From the human T2T-CHM13v2.0 reference genome, Homo sapiens: a stretch of DNA of 64,000 nt. The stretch lies in the NCBI RefSeq assembly GCF_009914755.1, contig NC_060925.1; one strand, given 5' to 3'. The translations under genes and the position numbers were made by a program. Positions 1-15,570 of the stretch are shown here, one piece after another (the stretch's first letter is position 1; every line of letters begins with the position of its first letter). The notes below the pieces were generated by a model that was given only the letters and a program-made list of their open reading frames with translations, was not told the origin of the DNA and did not search any database.

Positions 1-111
1 AGATTTAAATTAAACATTAATCTCTATAAATGATAGTAATATGATTTGACATAATCACAAATAGCATAGGCATGATTGCCAATGTCATTTTAAAACTATG
101 GACAATAAAGG

Positions 112-413
112 GGCCAGTCGTGGTGGCTTACGCCTATAATGCCAACACTTTGGGAGGTTGAGACAGGAGGATTGCTTGAACTCAGGAGTTTGAGACCAGC
201 CTGGACAACATAGTAGGTCTTTGTCTCTACAAAAAAATTGACAAAGCATGGTGATGTGTGCCTGTTTTCTTGGTTACTTGGGAAACTGAGGCAGGAGGAT
301 CTCTGAAGCCTAGGCAATTGAGGCTACCGTGAACTACGATGGCACCACTTCACTCTAGCCTGTGTAACAGAGTGAGACCTTGTCTCAAATAAAATAAATA
401 AATAAATAAATAA
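112..413 (+). mobile_element. AluJ-type SINE
   Basis: Dimeric Alu (GGCC..GGTGGCTTACGCCTATAAT, GGAGGATTGCTTGA, A-rich linker, (AAAT)n tail); J-type GAGGAT and GAGGCTxCxGTGA diagnostics. Confidence 0.92.
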
Positions 414-2980
414 GAACAATATAGGAAAGACTCTTGAGAGAGAGACTAGATTTATTGTATTACACCTTATAAGCATGATACTTAAATATTGTGATATTGT
501 TATGTTATTCAAGAACACACCTTATTTACCAAGAACTCCTTAGACAACCAAGGCAATATAGAAGACAAAGGTCAGCATACCTCAGGTAATCTCAATAAAA
601 CTTTTGCTGATGTTATGACATCTTGTGCACAATAAAGCCATTCAAGGAAGAGTCCAAGAGCATTACTAATATTTTAGGTCCCCTGAAAGCTTAACATCTA
701 TCCGGGCATAAGGAAAGTGTTTTCAGTGAAGATAAGAAAATCAGAGTCAGATGAGTATACAGTTTTCACTCCCACCCAGAAAATGCTTTCCCTTGGAAGT
801 TAAATTAAGTTAATATTATTTTTGTGAACTATTAATTATTTGATAATTTCAATCACTATATAATCCTACTTGTACATGTTAATAAATATGAGCATGGACA
901 TATGTGTATACCTCTTAATCCTAGGAGGTATTATTATCATCATTATATTTTATTTGAAGAAATTGATTATGAATGACATTAGAAAGTTCTAATTTTCCTA
1001 GTATATTTAACTTCATCTGTTACTATTTTTCCATCCATAAAAGCTCAGCAACAAGAAATTCTTAGATTTCTCAGAAATTTCTTTTTTTAATATTATATTT
1101 ATTTTTTTTTTCTTTCAGTTATTTAGAACTGCCTTTCCATTGTCTTTAGACATCTTTTACTCTTTTGTTTAATCTGTTTTAAAAAGGAAGGCAGAAGCAT
1201 GGCTCCTTTAGATTGAGGAACAATTGTGATTTTTAGTTTTTATGTGTTGGTGAGTATGGCAGAATGTGGCTTTGACTTTTGTAAATGTCTACCTTAATCC
1301 TCCCTGCCCCATAAACAACATTAATTTAATTTGGAAGTATAAAATTATTTGCTAAATGTATCTAAAACGTTCAACTGTTTCAAAGACAAAATATGGCACA
1401 ACATTTACAAACATCGAATCAATGTTTTCTGTAGCCAGGTTTCATACTTAATACTTAAAATTCAAAAAAAAGGTGAAAAATACACAAGAGTACCTTTCTT
1501 TAAGAAATTTCTTATTGGATCAAATGTAATATAAAATATAATATTAGCATCCAAAGATGTAAACGAATGATTATAGAAGCCAAATGGAAGAATATATTAG
1601 TTTAAACTCTATGAATTAATTAATGCTTCTCAGAAGATGTATATTTTTGAGCTGGATTTGGATAATGAACAAAGTTTTTACAGATGGAAATTGTTCAAAT
1701 AAGGAATGCATTATCTTATGAATTGAGAATAGTAAGAAAAGAGATTTCAAATCTGTGATCACATATTGAGCAAATATATCATATCTAAGTGAGATAATAA
1801 GGTAAGCAGAAGATGCTTATTTATTAAAATGTAATTTTCTCAATGATAGAAATCATCTTTAGAGATTTAAATGAAGAATACCTGGCCGTTCTATATGAAA
1901 CATTATCATTCCCTCTTTGTCCTCATATATGTGTGTCCCTCATAACATGAAACTGAACAGTTTGATATCAATTCCTGAACATAATAGCTAAGGACTAGGC
2001 ATTGTGGAAGTAAGAGAGATGTTACCTGTGATCTGCACAATCAATCCAATCATGAACTGATAGCACTGAAATTTTATACCAAACAACCCAAAGTAGACAA
2101 CGTAGAAAAGTTAAAATTTGATGTTATTACCATCATGAAAATGATTCATCTTGAAGCAACATTTTGTCTCCACTGGGGTCTATGACCCCTGCGGGCACTG
2201 CTATTAGTTACTGTTTTAATGAGTAATAGGGAAAGTAATGCAGATAGTGGTGGATTTGAGGTGCTTATTGTTGACTCTCTTTTCATATCACCGTTATTCT
2301 CTTGAGAGTAGCAAAGCAGACAACACAACACATCACTGAGTAGTTAAGTCAAAAAATGAGGAATGGTGACAAAATAAACCACAGAACACAACCAGATGCT
2401 GCAGAATTGAGGTTCTGTTTGAAATGCAGAAATTAGTTAGACTTGCTTCCCTTGAGAAATAATTAGTTCACTTAGTTGGAAGTGAGAAAAAAAATATTTG
2501 AATTGTCAGGTGCTGTCTGTCTAATATGCTACCCTCTTCTATATCCATATCCTAAGTTGGGTTCACTGGAGAGCTTTCAGAGATTATCAAGCCCACACAG
2601 AAGTGTAATAAAGGAAAAAATAATCCTCTAATGACACATAAAATTAAGCAATGATACTCTAAGTTTAAAAATCTAGTTTTATAACCAATCAATGTAGAGT
2701 CCAAAAGTAGATCTTGTTCTATACTGCAGAAAGAACGGAAGAATAATTCTCTCACCATGCTTCCTTGTGGGCCTTGACATGAAAAATGTGTATGTCAGTA
2801 GAAAGTAACATGATCTTAACATTTTGAATTACACATTTTAATGGGATGTATTTTGGGTTCTACAGGGCTAGGAAAGGTGGGGATTAATTAGAATGGAACT
2901 CATAGGAAGACAAAGAAGTCACAGATATCAGAGGACTTGCTCTGGGGTGTAGGTTTAAGTAGAAAAAGAAGTAAAGGTGC

Positions 2981-3143
2981 TATATTAGTTAGGACTTTTT
3001 TAATTACAAGGAACAATAATCCAACCCAAATGGATTAAGCAAAAGAAGTTCCTTGTTGACTTGAATTATTGGCTAATCTGAGAGCTAATCCTGAGTTTAT
3101 ACCCACAGGCATCTATGAGTTCAACAGTATCTTTGGGACAATG

Positions 3144-3178
<35 letters not shown>

Positions 3179-3525
3179 CTACTTCGTTTCATGTTTGTTT
3201 CATTCCTAAACAGACTCTCCCCATATGGTATCAAAAACAGATTTCTACCAACTTCAGACTTACACCCTTCTCTCAGTGAGGAACTCTACATATAGAGTGA
3301 GAATGGGGTGAGTCTGGCTGGTGTGATACCAATAGACTCTTTATAGAATTTTTTTCCTGACCCCCCAAGTGAATGTAGCAATCTAATTTTTCAAACTGGG
3401 TCTTGTTTTGTTCCTGTGGAGAGTAAGGTAGGAGTATTTGATCCTGAATCCTACCACAGCTGAATACAATAGAAGGGGGCCAAGCGCTAAAGCAGAACTT
3501 TACCAAAAGAAAAAATGGTCTCTAC
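2981..3525 (-). mobile_element. Old MaLR LTR (MLT1K/L-like), contains (CT)n at ~3146-3174
   Basis: TATTAGTTAGGAC...TTACAAG...CCAACCCAAATGGATTAAGCAAAAG resembles the reverse-complemented MLT1 3' end; highly diverged. Confidence 0.55.
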
Positions 3526-3858
3526 TTGCTACCGCTTTATTTTCTTTAAGAATATGCAACACTGTTCACCAGGATAGATCCTTAGAAAAGCAATTCAGAA
3601 GCAGGTTTGTCTAGCAAGGAAGTTTGCATGGGCCCTTGATAATTAATATAAAGTAGATAAGTTAAAGCAAACAAAGGAATTAAAAACATAGTCATTATAA
3701 AATTAAACATTTTCAGTGATAATATAACTTCAAGGTTTTAGAAATTCTACCTTTTGATACACTATTTTGATATAATGGAAAATAAAGTAATGCTAACAAG
3801 TATATGCAGTGATTTCTCATTTTATACAATTTTAGATAAACTATTTTTAATTTTAGAT

Positions 3859-4150
3859 TTTTTTTTTTTGAGACGGATTCTAGCTCTGTCGCCCACGCTG
3901 GAGCACAGTGGTGCAATCTCAGCTCACTGAAACCTCTGCTCCCAGGTTCAAGCAATTCTCCTGTCTCAGCCTCCCCAGTAGCTGGGACTACAGGCGCCCA
4001 CCACCATACCCGGCTAATTTTTGTATTTTTAGTAGAGATGGGGTTTCACCGTATTGGTCAGACTGGTCTCAAACTCCTGCCCTCAGGTGATCCACCTGCC
4101 TCGGCCTCCCAAAGTGCTGGGATTACAGGTGTGAGCCACCACACCTAGCC
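3859..4150 (-). mobile_element. AluS (Sx-like) with TSD
   Basis: Full dimer, poly-T; TSD TAATTTTAGAT at 3848-3858 and 4151-4161. Confidence 0.95.
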
Positions 4151-4201
4151 TAATTTTAGATGTATAGGAAGAAAATTGATGGCATTTTGAAATTCTTTTC
4201 T

Positions 4202-4230
4202 TGTGTGTGTGTGTGCGTGTGTGTGTGTGT
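4202..4230. repeat. (TG)n microsatellite
   Basis: Direct reading. Confidence 0.95.
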
Positions 4231-4408
4231 AACCACAACGTGATTTGACTGTGTCGAAACAATTCAACATCGGGTGTTCCATTTTAATGAAAAGTGGGCA
4301 TCTAAGTATAATAGTATGTGTCCCAGTTAAAAAGAATTGTACCAAAAAAATCACTGTCTGCAGAAATATGAAATAATATACTTTTCAAAATTAAGAATTA
4401 CATTTAGT

Positions 4409-4700
4409 GGCCAGGCGTGTTGACTCATGCCTATAATGCCAGCACTTTGTGAGACCGAGGCAGGTGGATCACTTCAGATCAGGAGTTTGAGAGCAGCCTG
4501 GCCAACATAATGAAAACCTGCCTCTACTTAAAGAAAACACAAAAATTAGCCGAGTATGGTGATTCACTTCTGTAATCCCAGCTACTCAGGAGGCTGAGGC
4601 AGGAGAATTGCTTGAACCCAGAGGCGGAGGTTACAGTAAGCCAAGACTGGCCACTGCACTCCAGCCTGGGTGTGAGAGCAAGATTCTATCTCAAAATAAG
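4409..4700 (+). mobile_element. AluS (Sx/Sz-like)
   Basis: Full dimer, GGAGAATTGCTTGAACC, GGCGGAGGTT. Confidence 0.93.
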
Positions 4701-5565
4701 TGAACAATAAATTTAATGATTGTAGTGATTTAGGTAATGATTTCTGTTCCAAAATGTCATCAGAAATCAGAATAATTCTGTTTTCTCCCTACTCAGGACA
4801 CATTGTTCATTTTTATATAGTTTTTCCACACCTTATTGTTTTGAAAATAATACTTGTATAAATGAACCTAAAATTTTCCCCTTATACTTTTAACTATATC
4901 TTAAATCTGTCCTGTGGTTCAATGGAGTAATGTGGAAAAAGCCTATAATCTTTCCAGTCTCAGAAATAACTGAAGAAAAGCAATATTCTCTCCTAAAACC
5001 TTAATTTTTCTAGAGCAAATGTCCTAATACTTTAAATATCACTTTAACATCAATTTTGCAGATACTTCTCAACATGAACACATGAAACTGATTTTAAATT
5101 TGTTGCTCAGAACTGAATTCAATAGCCCAAATTAAACCTGATCATGAAAACAGTAATATAATATTTACATACTCTCTTGTTTTCAATTAATATTTTATGC
5201 AACATGTTTTGTTAACTGTTAAAGTCTTTTTCAACTGTTGACAAGTTTAAATTGGAATCGTCCACTTTTTCTAGATCTTTTTTTTTGTTATGAACGGTCT
5301 AATTACATCAAAAACAAATTCTAAAAAAAAAATCTTTTTTTTTCACATGGTTGCACCCTCATTCCATTTTCAATCTACTCAACGTACAAGTATCATGTAT
5401 TGAATTGCAATCTAACAGGTATTGTGCCAGGGTTTAAAAATGGACAAAATGATAATTTTTGTCATCATTCTTCCACTGTCTTTTTTGAGCACCTAGAAAA
5501 CATGTTTTTCTGTTAGTTTTTCTTGTGTTTGACATGACCTTAACTTAGCCATGCCATGCCATTCC

Positions 5566-5841
5566 TTTTTTTTTTTTCTTTGATTTGAAGTTTTGCTCTG
5601 TTGCCTAGGCTGGAGTGCAATGGCGTGATCTCGGTTTACTGCAACCTCCATCTGCCTGGTTCAAGCGATTCTCTGGAATAGCTGGAACTACAGGCACACA
5701 CCACCATGCCTGTTTAATTTTTGTATTTTTTGTAGAGAGGGGTTTCGCCATGTTGGCAAGGCTGCTCTTGACCTCAGGTGATCTACCCTCATTGGCCTCC
5801 CAAAGTACTGGGATTACAGGTGTGATCCACCACACCCAGCC
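5566..5841 (-). mobile_element. AluS with small internal deletions
   Basis: poly-T, CTAGGCTGGAGTGCAATGG ... CCCAAAGTACTGGGATTACAGG. Confidence 0.9.
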
Positions 5842-5988
5842 TTACTCTTTGAACTCTTTTCTGTTACATATATCTGATCTTGGCCTCCCAAAGTACATTG
5901 GCCTCCCAAAGTACTGGGATTACAGGTGTGATCCACCACACCCAGCCTTACTCTTTGAACTCTTTTCTGTTACATATATCTGATCTTG
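5790..5988. repeat. Perfect 93-bp direct duplication (5790-5882 = 5896-5988) with templated 13-nt junction
   Basis: Base-by-base comparison of the two copies. Confidence 0.95.
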
Positions 5989-8900
5989 TGTCCTTTCCTT
6001 ATGATCTGTGGCAACTATATTCTGTCTGAAGCATCCTAATATAGATTAATTTTTTTTTACTGAAATGTTATTTTAATTTCTGTATCTTAAGAAATTTGGA
6101 GTCTACTCTTTCTTAAGATCTTGGAGCAGAGGCAGTATTCTCTCTGCTTATTATTGCCTTCTATTGCTATCTTCTGTCTATTGTTGATGCCAAGCAATCA
6201 TTCAGCTACTACTGATCATCTAGTCCTCTTCCATTGGAAGTGATCACATTTGTCTGTCACATCTTTCAAACATAAAACAAACTTATGGAATTTCTAACTT
6301 TCTTGAGGAATTCAGTATTTACTCTAATCTTCCTTGTAAAATACTTACCATTATTGATAGCTTCAATATAGACATTCAAAATCTGTTCACTATTTTTCCT
6401 CACTGCTCTGTGCCTTATCAACAGCAATAATTTGTTCTACATCCAGAGTTTGTCATTTTGTAGGATGAATCCATTATATATTGCCATTAACTGAAAATTA
6501 TCTGTATTAATACTACAAACCTAAAATTGCTTTTTGGCTACTAAAGTCCATCTTTCACATATCCTTCTTTTTATTTTTTTATAGTCACTGTATTCCATTT
6601 TCATAGAATGATCAAGTCACATAGCCTCAACCTACTCTCAGTCCATTAGCTTTTTTAATTTTTTAATTTTATTTTATTTTTAATTATTATTATACTTTTT
6701 GGAGCTCCACTTGATCATCTTTGCCATCCTAGAATTCTTTTTTCCTCGTGTGATCAAATATTGTAGAAGCAAACTAATCAATTTCCATTTGTTTTCTGTT
6801 TAAATCTAGGTTATGTAGTTTGGTTACATTGCTTGGGGATTCAATGCTGACATAGCTATTATTCACTTCCAGTTTTCTCCCTGTTAAAATTGTAGCAGTT
6901 GTTACAAAACATTTTCACTTTTTACAAGCTCTGTTTCAGGTGATCTTAGCTTCTATTTTGCTGAAATGATTTAGACCTACAAAACTATGTTATCTCAAAT
7001 TGCTTCTTCTCAGTTTCAGCATTTCTCTGTAACTTAATCCATTTCATCTTGAAACAAAGAAGAAAAAGTTCTCTTTCTTTTTTGTCTCAAGATGAAACAT
7101 TTTTGTCTTTTTTTTTATAAGACTAATCCTCATAATAGAATGCACTGGGAAGTACACTGTAGTTAAAGTCAGATGCTTTGCTTTTAAGCCTGCCCTTTCT
7201 TTTATTTTGAATAAATCATATTGTTTGCTGGAACATTATATATTGGATTTAATAAATGCCATTAGTCTCATGTAATCCCCATATTTAGTATTTTTACTTT
7301 ATTGCTTGAATTTGGAAAAAATATGTTATAGTATAAATAAGTTTTATTTGAAAAGCTTTTAAATGAAGAGAGTTTGTATGGTTATAGAAATAATAAATTT
7401 AGGAATAACAGCATTAAGTCAATTATTATTTAGTTGCATTTATCTCTACTATGTCCTAGGAATCTCATTGATTTTAAAGTAATTTGCAAAACTTTTGTAA
7501 CAGACAAAACTTGGACAATAGTTATTCCAAAATGCTGGTAAATCTTTAGCCTTGTACTATTCCATAGAATATTTGTATGTTATAAATATATTCAACAAAT
7601 AATTACTTGAAAATTATAAATTTGGGGACTTAACGTACAATTTCTTTGTTGTTGACATGGTATTACTGTGAATGTGAACTCCATAATATATTTTAATTTC
7701 AGCTAAAGTAAATATATGTGTTTATTATTCATGTTGTTTTGACAACTCTGAATGACAATCACGTAATACCCTAATTCTTGGGTAACTTTCTTTTCTTACA
7801 GGCAAGTACACCCCACTCCCAAATTAAAAAGATTGACCTTAGCCAAACATAACACGGTAAGAGCAAGTGCAATGAAATGGTTTCAAAGAACACTTAAACA
7901 GAGTAATGTAAATATTATTCAAGGGGTGCCATGTTATTTTATTAACGAATATGATCATTGAATTGTTGTGAGCAGTAGCAAAGCCTTGAAGCAACTATCT
8001 TGCTTATTACTGCGTGAAGTTTCTTCAAAGTTAGAAGTAAACTCCTGACTAATTCTCCCGTTCCCTAATGTTGGTCATAAGTTGCTTCTTGAAATACTCC
8101 CAAATTTTCATTTTCTATCTTCTACTAAAACTAAACTTGCCATTTTTTTTGTCGCTATGTCTTCAATTCATTCTTAATATTTGTTTTGGCTTTTAGCTTC
8201 TGTTGTCCCCTGCCAATGCTTCTCCCAAAATCACACTCTACCACACATCCCTGCCTATAAGCTTTCATTTATGGTCTTAAATTATGTCCTGCTTCCTGGT
8301 CTATTCACTCAGATTTATCACTCTGAACTTCTCATCTCCAGTTATTCAAACTTAAATTTGTTGACAACTCTTTTTCCCTTTTTCAGTAGACAGGAGCATC
8401 ACTATCATTATTACAAAATATTGATTTCAATGTGTACTCCAAAGTGCTGTTAACATGTTCTCTCTTTCCACAAAATCAATATTTTATAATTCACTACCCA
8501 AAGAAGCTGAGATTCCTTAGCATAGCAAAGCACATCTTAAAAGACCCAGCACACTTTGATGTAATTTTAGCAAAATGGTTTTCTCACTTTTAATAAAGAC
8601 CTCCTTAAATTTCTGCTACCTATTTTTTTTTAAATTTTTACTTCAAATCATTTTCTTTCCTTTTTTTCAGATACATGCAATTTAATTTGTATGCTTTGTG
8701 TCAAAAATCAGGCATTTCAAAGCTTTGCAGATCAATACAAGTACTTCAGAAACATAACATTCATTGTCATTGACAATTGTTCAGCATAAGTCTTTCACTG
8801 CTTCATGAATTTTTAATATATTTTGCCTCATGTAAGAAAACAATTATTGACTTAATTAAAATAATCATTTGTTCAACTAGAATCTCAAGGTAGATGACTA

Positions 8901-9224
8901 TTTAATAGTGAGGTATGTATTTCATATTTGATTTAATTCCCCAAAGAACCTTTGGTGACATTTTCTTCCCCTCTTTTTCTTTTTTTTTTCCTGTGGTTTA
9001 ATTTAGTACCTTATGACTCAATTTTCTATCCTTTCTTGACATATGTTACACTTCTTTTTAAATTAATTGTTATATCACTCCCTGGATATTGTAGGTATTT
9101 TATAACAGATTATTCTCAATTTTTGCCTTCTAATTCTTATAGTATTGTAATTCATTTTCTTTATTCATATAGTATAATTGCCTAATACCATGTTGCTATT
9201 ATTATTTTGATCAAATGTCAAGTC

Positions 9225-10969
9225 AAAATGAAATACCTACAAATACAGCTAACCAAAGAGGTAAAAGAGGAAAAAAAAAACTAAACTAAAAAATACTGCT
9301 GAAAGAAATTAGAGATGACAAAAAATGCACGAAAAAAAATTCCATCCTCATGTATTGGAAGAATCAATATGGAATAAATGGCCATACCACCCAAAGCAAT
9401 TTACAGATCAGTGCTATTCCTGTGAAATCAACAGTGTCACTCTACACCGAATTATAAAAAGCTATTTCAAAATTTATATGGAACCAAAAAAGAGCCTGAA
9501 CAGCCAAAGCAATCGTAAGCAAAATGAGCAAAGCTGCAGGTATCACACTACCTTACTTAAAACTATACTATAAACCCATACAAACAAAAATCGTTTGATT
9601 CTGGCACAAAAACAGATGCACAGACCAATTAGAATAGAATAGAAAAATCAGAAATAAAGCTCCACACCTACAACCATCTAATCTGTGACAAAGTCAATAA
9701 GAATAAACAATGAGGAAAGAACTCCCAATTCAATAAATGGTGCTGGAATAACTAGCTGTCATATGCAGAAGATTGAAGCTGGACACCTACTTTTTAACAT
9801 AGGCAAAAATTAACTCAAAATGGATTAAAAATTTAAATGTAAGACCTCAAACTCTAAAAGTACTGGAAATCAACCTAGGAAATACTCTTCTCAACATCAG
9901 CCTTGGCAAGAAATTTGTGGCTAAGTCCCCCAAAGCAATTACAACAGAAACAAAAATAGACAAGTGGGACCTAACTAAACTAAGGAGCTTCTGCACAGCA
10001 GAAAATCTATCAACAGAGCAACCAGACGACCTACAGAATGGGAGAATATATTCACAAACTATGGATTTGACAAGGGCATAATATCCAGAATCTATAGGGA
10101 ATTTTAAAACCTCAATAAGCAAAAACCAAATCACCTCATTAAAAAATGAGCAAAGGATGTGAACAGACACTTCTCCAAAGATGACATACAAATGGCCAAC
10201 AAACATATGAAAAAAATCCCATCATCACTAATCATTAGAAAAATGTAAATCAAACTACAATGTGATATAATCTCACACCAATCAGAATGGCTATTATTAA
10301 AAAGTCAAAAACCACAGATGTTGGCAAGGTTCCAGAGAAAAAGGAATGTTTACATACTGTTGGTGGGGTGTAAATTAGTCCTGTCACTGTGGAAAACAGT
10401 CTGGAGTTTTCTCAGATTACTTAAAACAGAGCTACCATTGGACTCAGTAATCCCATTACTAGTTATACACCTAAAAGAAAATAAATTATTCCACCCAAAA
10501 GACACATGCATTTGTATGTTTATATTTGCACTATTCACAACAACAAAGGCACAGAACCAACCCAGGTGCCTATCAATTATATAATGAATAAAGAAAATGT
10601 TCGACATATATGCAATGGAATACTACACAGCAATAAAAAAGAATGAAATTATGTTCTTTGCAGCAATATGGATGGAGCTGGAGGCCATAATCCTAAGCAA
10701 ATTAATCAGAAACAGAAAACCAAATACCATATATTCTTACCTATAAGTCAGAGCTAAGCATTGAGCACTCATTGACATAAATTTGGGAACAATAGGCACT
10801 GTGAACTACCAGAAGGTGGAGGGAGGGGGTGGGTTAAAAAACCTACCTATCAGGTACTATGCTCACTACCAAGAGATTTATATTCCAAACCTCTGCATCA
10901 TGTAATATTCCATGTATCAAATCTGCCATGCAACCATTATATCTAAAATAAAAGTTGAAATTGAAAAAA
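9225..10969 (+). mobile_element. 5'-truncated L1 (L1PA15-17/L1PB-like), degenerate ORF2 3' part and 3'UTR
   Basis: ORF2 motifs (TTCAATAAATGGTGCTGG, AAACTAAGGAGCTTCTGCACAGCA); 3' end GGTACTATGCTCACTACC...TCTAAAATAAAAGTTGAAA. Confidence 0.9.
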
Positions 10970-10999
10970 GTCCACAGTTAAAAATAAAGTAAAATATAA

Positions 11000-11372
11000 T
11001 TTGTTGCTCTTTTGGTTTGTTTGAGAAAGTTTCGATTTCTCTTTGACTTTTGAAGAATATTTTTTTTAATCACAGAATTTGAGTTTGGGGTATTTTTCTT
11101 TCAACACTTCAAATATTTCCCTCTATTTTGTTCACTTTGCATGGTTTCTGATGCGGAGATCAGTGTTAATCCTTTTCATTGTTCCATTATAGAGAAGGTA
11201 TTTTTCCCTGCCTTTAAAAAATGTGTTGTTTTTGTGTCATGCATTTTACTACATGACCTCAATTTTTTAACAGATCTACAAAAAGTCATTAATTTTCAGT
11301 TGGTTTAGAGATTTCTTTGTTGAGGATGGGAGTGATGACTTTTAAGGACTCTACAAGTCAGATAAAACTCTG
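11000..11372 (-). mobile_element. Old L1M (L1MC/MD-like) 5' region fragment
   Basis: GATCTACAAAAAGTCATTAATTTTCAGTT...GAGGATGGGAGTGATGACT resembles reverse L1M 5' end. Confidence 0.55.
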
Positions 11373-12274
11373 CCTATGTTATTCATTTTTAAAAAATTAT
11401 TTGTGAAAAATAAGTGAATATTATTATGGAGAAATAATGCTATAGTAAATCATATTTGATTTACTATGGCTTCATTAAGACTTTCCTATAAACAGTCATT
11501 TAGCATTTCCTGAACATTTACATATTATTTTTCACTGTCCAGACCTCTTCCATATCAAGAAGGAAGATATACATAATAAAATTATTTTTATTTTATATGC
11601 AAATATACTGTCACATAAGCCTCATACATGTATTCATATCATGCCTTTATTAAGCCAGGAAAGGGAGTGATTTGACAAATATACTGATTCTGAAGAGGAC
11701 TTCAGTATTTACAGATTATTAATGTGTCTCACTTTTAACATATATTTAAGTAGTACCAGAACACTCCACTGAAAGTTCTCTGAATACATGAAGTAAATGG
11801 CAATTCTATAGCAGTCTTCTTTTCATTAGCCCTATGTATCTATTTTTACAGATCACCAACATTGAAAGGGGCAGTATATGGTAGAAAGAAATTAACAGAG
11901 GTACATGATATCAAATATCTACATTATTATCTTAAATATCTCACTAGCTATACATTTAACTCTTTAGGACTATTGTATCATTTGTAATGTGGAAAATGAT
12001 TTTTTACAGAGTATTCTGTAAATATGTAAAATTTTAAAAGCATAGACCAGTAGCTACAGTAATTCTACCACTCAGTGAGAAGATAAACACTTTTATTAGA
12101 GAACAATCTGGTCTGAAATGCACCCGAAAATTAAGGTACAGGGTTCAAGCATCTGTAAAAAGAAATTGCATATGGCACAATATTTATGCCACAAAATCTA
12201 ACATGTTTTTTCATATGTGTAGAAGAAATATTTGTGCCAATTATATAATAAATTTGGAAGATCAAAAGACATAA

Positions 12275-13920
<1,646 letters not shown>

Positions 13921-13924
13921 CAAG

Positions 13925-15570
13925 AAACATGTGAACACCAGTTGACTTAAAACAGCTATGTGTAAATAATGTAAAATTTAAAGCAAACATTAAAGGAAAA
14001 TTCTACAAATAATATAACTAAAACAGTATAGATAAATCCAAATGGAAGTTTCAGAAATGCTTTAGCAACTCATATGAATGCAGGAAAGAGGAAACAAAAA
14101 TAACAGAGAAGAAACAGAAAATAAAAAAGAAAATTTCAGATATAACATATCAATACAGTAATTAAAAGAAAGGCAACAGAACTAAGTAAAACAATTAAAG
14201 ATGGATAACAAATAAACAACATGGCTGAACCAAATATTATTGATAAGAATTTCAGTTCAAATGTAATTGTAGAGGAAGGTGAAATTAAAATAATAGTAAA
14301 AGACATTCCATACAAATATTCTTGAAATAAAGAGAGATTGACTATCTTTGTATCAGAATAAGTAAATTTCAGAGCAAAAATATTACTGGGGTAGAGAATG
14401 GCATTATATAATGACAGTTAGCTGAATTCAGTTTGCCGAATTTCTCTATGGTGCTAGATATGTATGCACCAAACAACAGAGCTGCAGAAGCTATGAAAAA
14501 AAAAATACACAAATGTAATGGGAAATCTCAAACCCATTCTTAACAAGTGGTGGAAAAAGTAAACAGAAAATCAGTAAGGATACAACAAAAATTAAGATAC
14601 CATTAACCAAATATATAGTTAATATTTATTGAACATTCTAACCCAACAACAGCAGAATATATAGTCTTTTTAAGGGACTATGCAATACATTTTGTTAGAC
14701 CAAATACTGTTCCAAAAAACAAATCTCAATACATTTAAAAGAATAAAAATTATGCAGAGTGTGTTCCTTGACCACAATATACTTAAATTAGGAATCAGTA
14801 ACAGAGATGTAATCAGGAGAATGTCCAGACATTAAGAAACTGAAAACACACTTCTAAGTATTCAATAGATCAAAGAGGAAGTCTCAAGGAAAATAAAAAT
14901 ACATTGAGATTAATGTGAATAAAAATTCAACATATCAAAATTTATAGGACTCAACTACAGCAGTGATAGAAGGGAAATGAGACTTTTCTTAAATGCTTAT
15001 GTCAGGAAAAGCGTCAAACTAATTACCTAAGCTTCCATCTCCAACTAGTAAAAGAAGAACAAAATAAATCCAAAGTGAGCATAGAGAAGGAAATAATAAA
15101 GATCAGAGCAGATATCAATGGCATTGAAAACAGTAAAATAATAAAGAAGTCCAATAAAACAAAAAAAAAACTGATTCTTTTTAAAGATTAATAAAATTGT
15201 CAAACTTCTACCAAAACTTATAAAGAAAAAAAGAGAGAAGACGCAACTTGCAAGTATCAGGAATGACTTAGAAAATATCATTATAAACTCTTCAGACAAC
15301 AAAAGGATAATCGTGGAATATTACACACAACTCTACACAAATAAATGTGTCTAATTAAATGAAATTGATCAGATGTTTGTAATGGACAAACTACCACAGT
15401 TTACCCAATATGAAATAGATAGTATTGACACACCTATTAAAATTGAGATAATTTAATTTATAATTATAGACTTCCTGAAAAAGAAATCTTCAGGCATAGA
15501 TAGTTTCACTGGAAAATTCTACCCAAAGTATAGAAAAAAATTAACACCAATTCTTTAAAAAAAAAAAATT
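13925..15570 (+). mobile_element. Old L1M fragment (ORF2 endonuclease/linker region)
   Basis: TATGCACCAAACAACAGAGC, CCAACAACAGCAGAATAT, AAAGATCAGAGCAGA, A-rich strand bias. Confidence 0.75.

Noticed and set aside
2180-2200. CTCF-like CCCGCAGGGGTCA on the minus strand
   Set aside because: Two mismatches in the core; not supportable from sequence alone.
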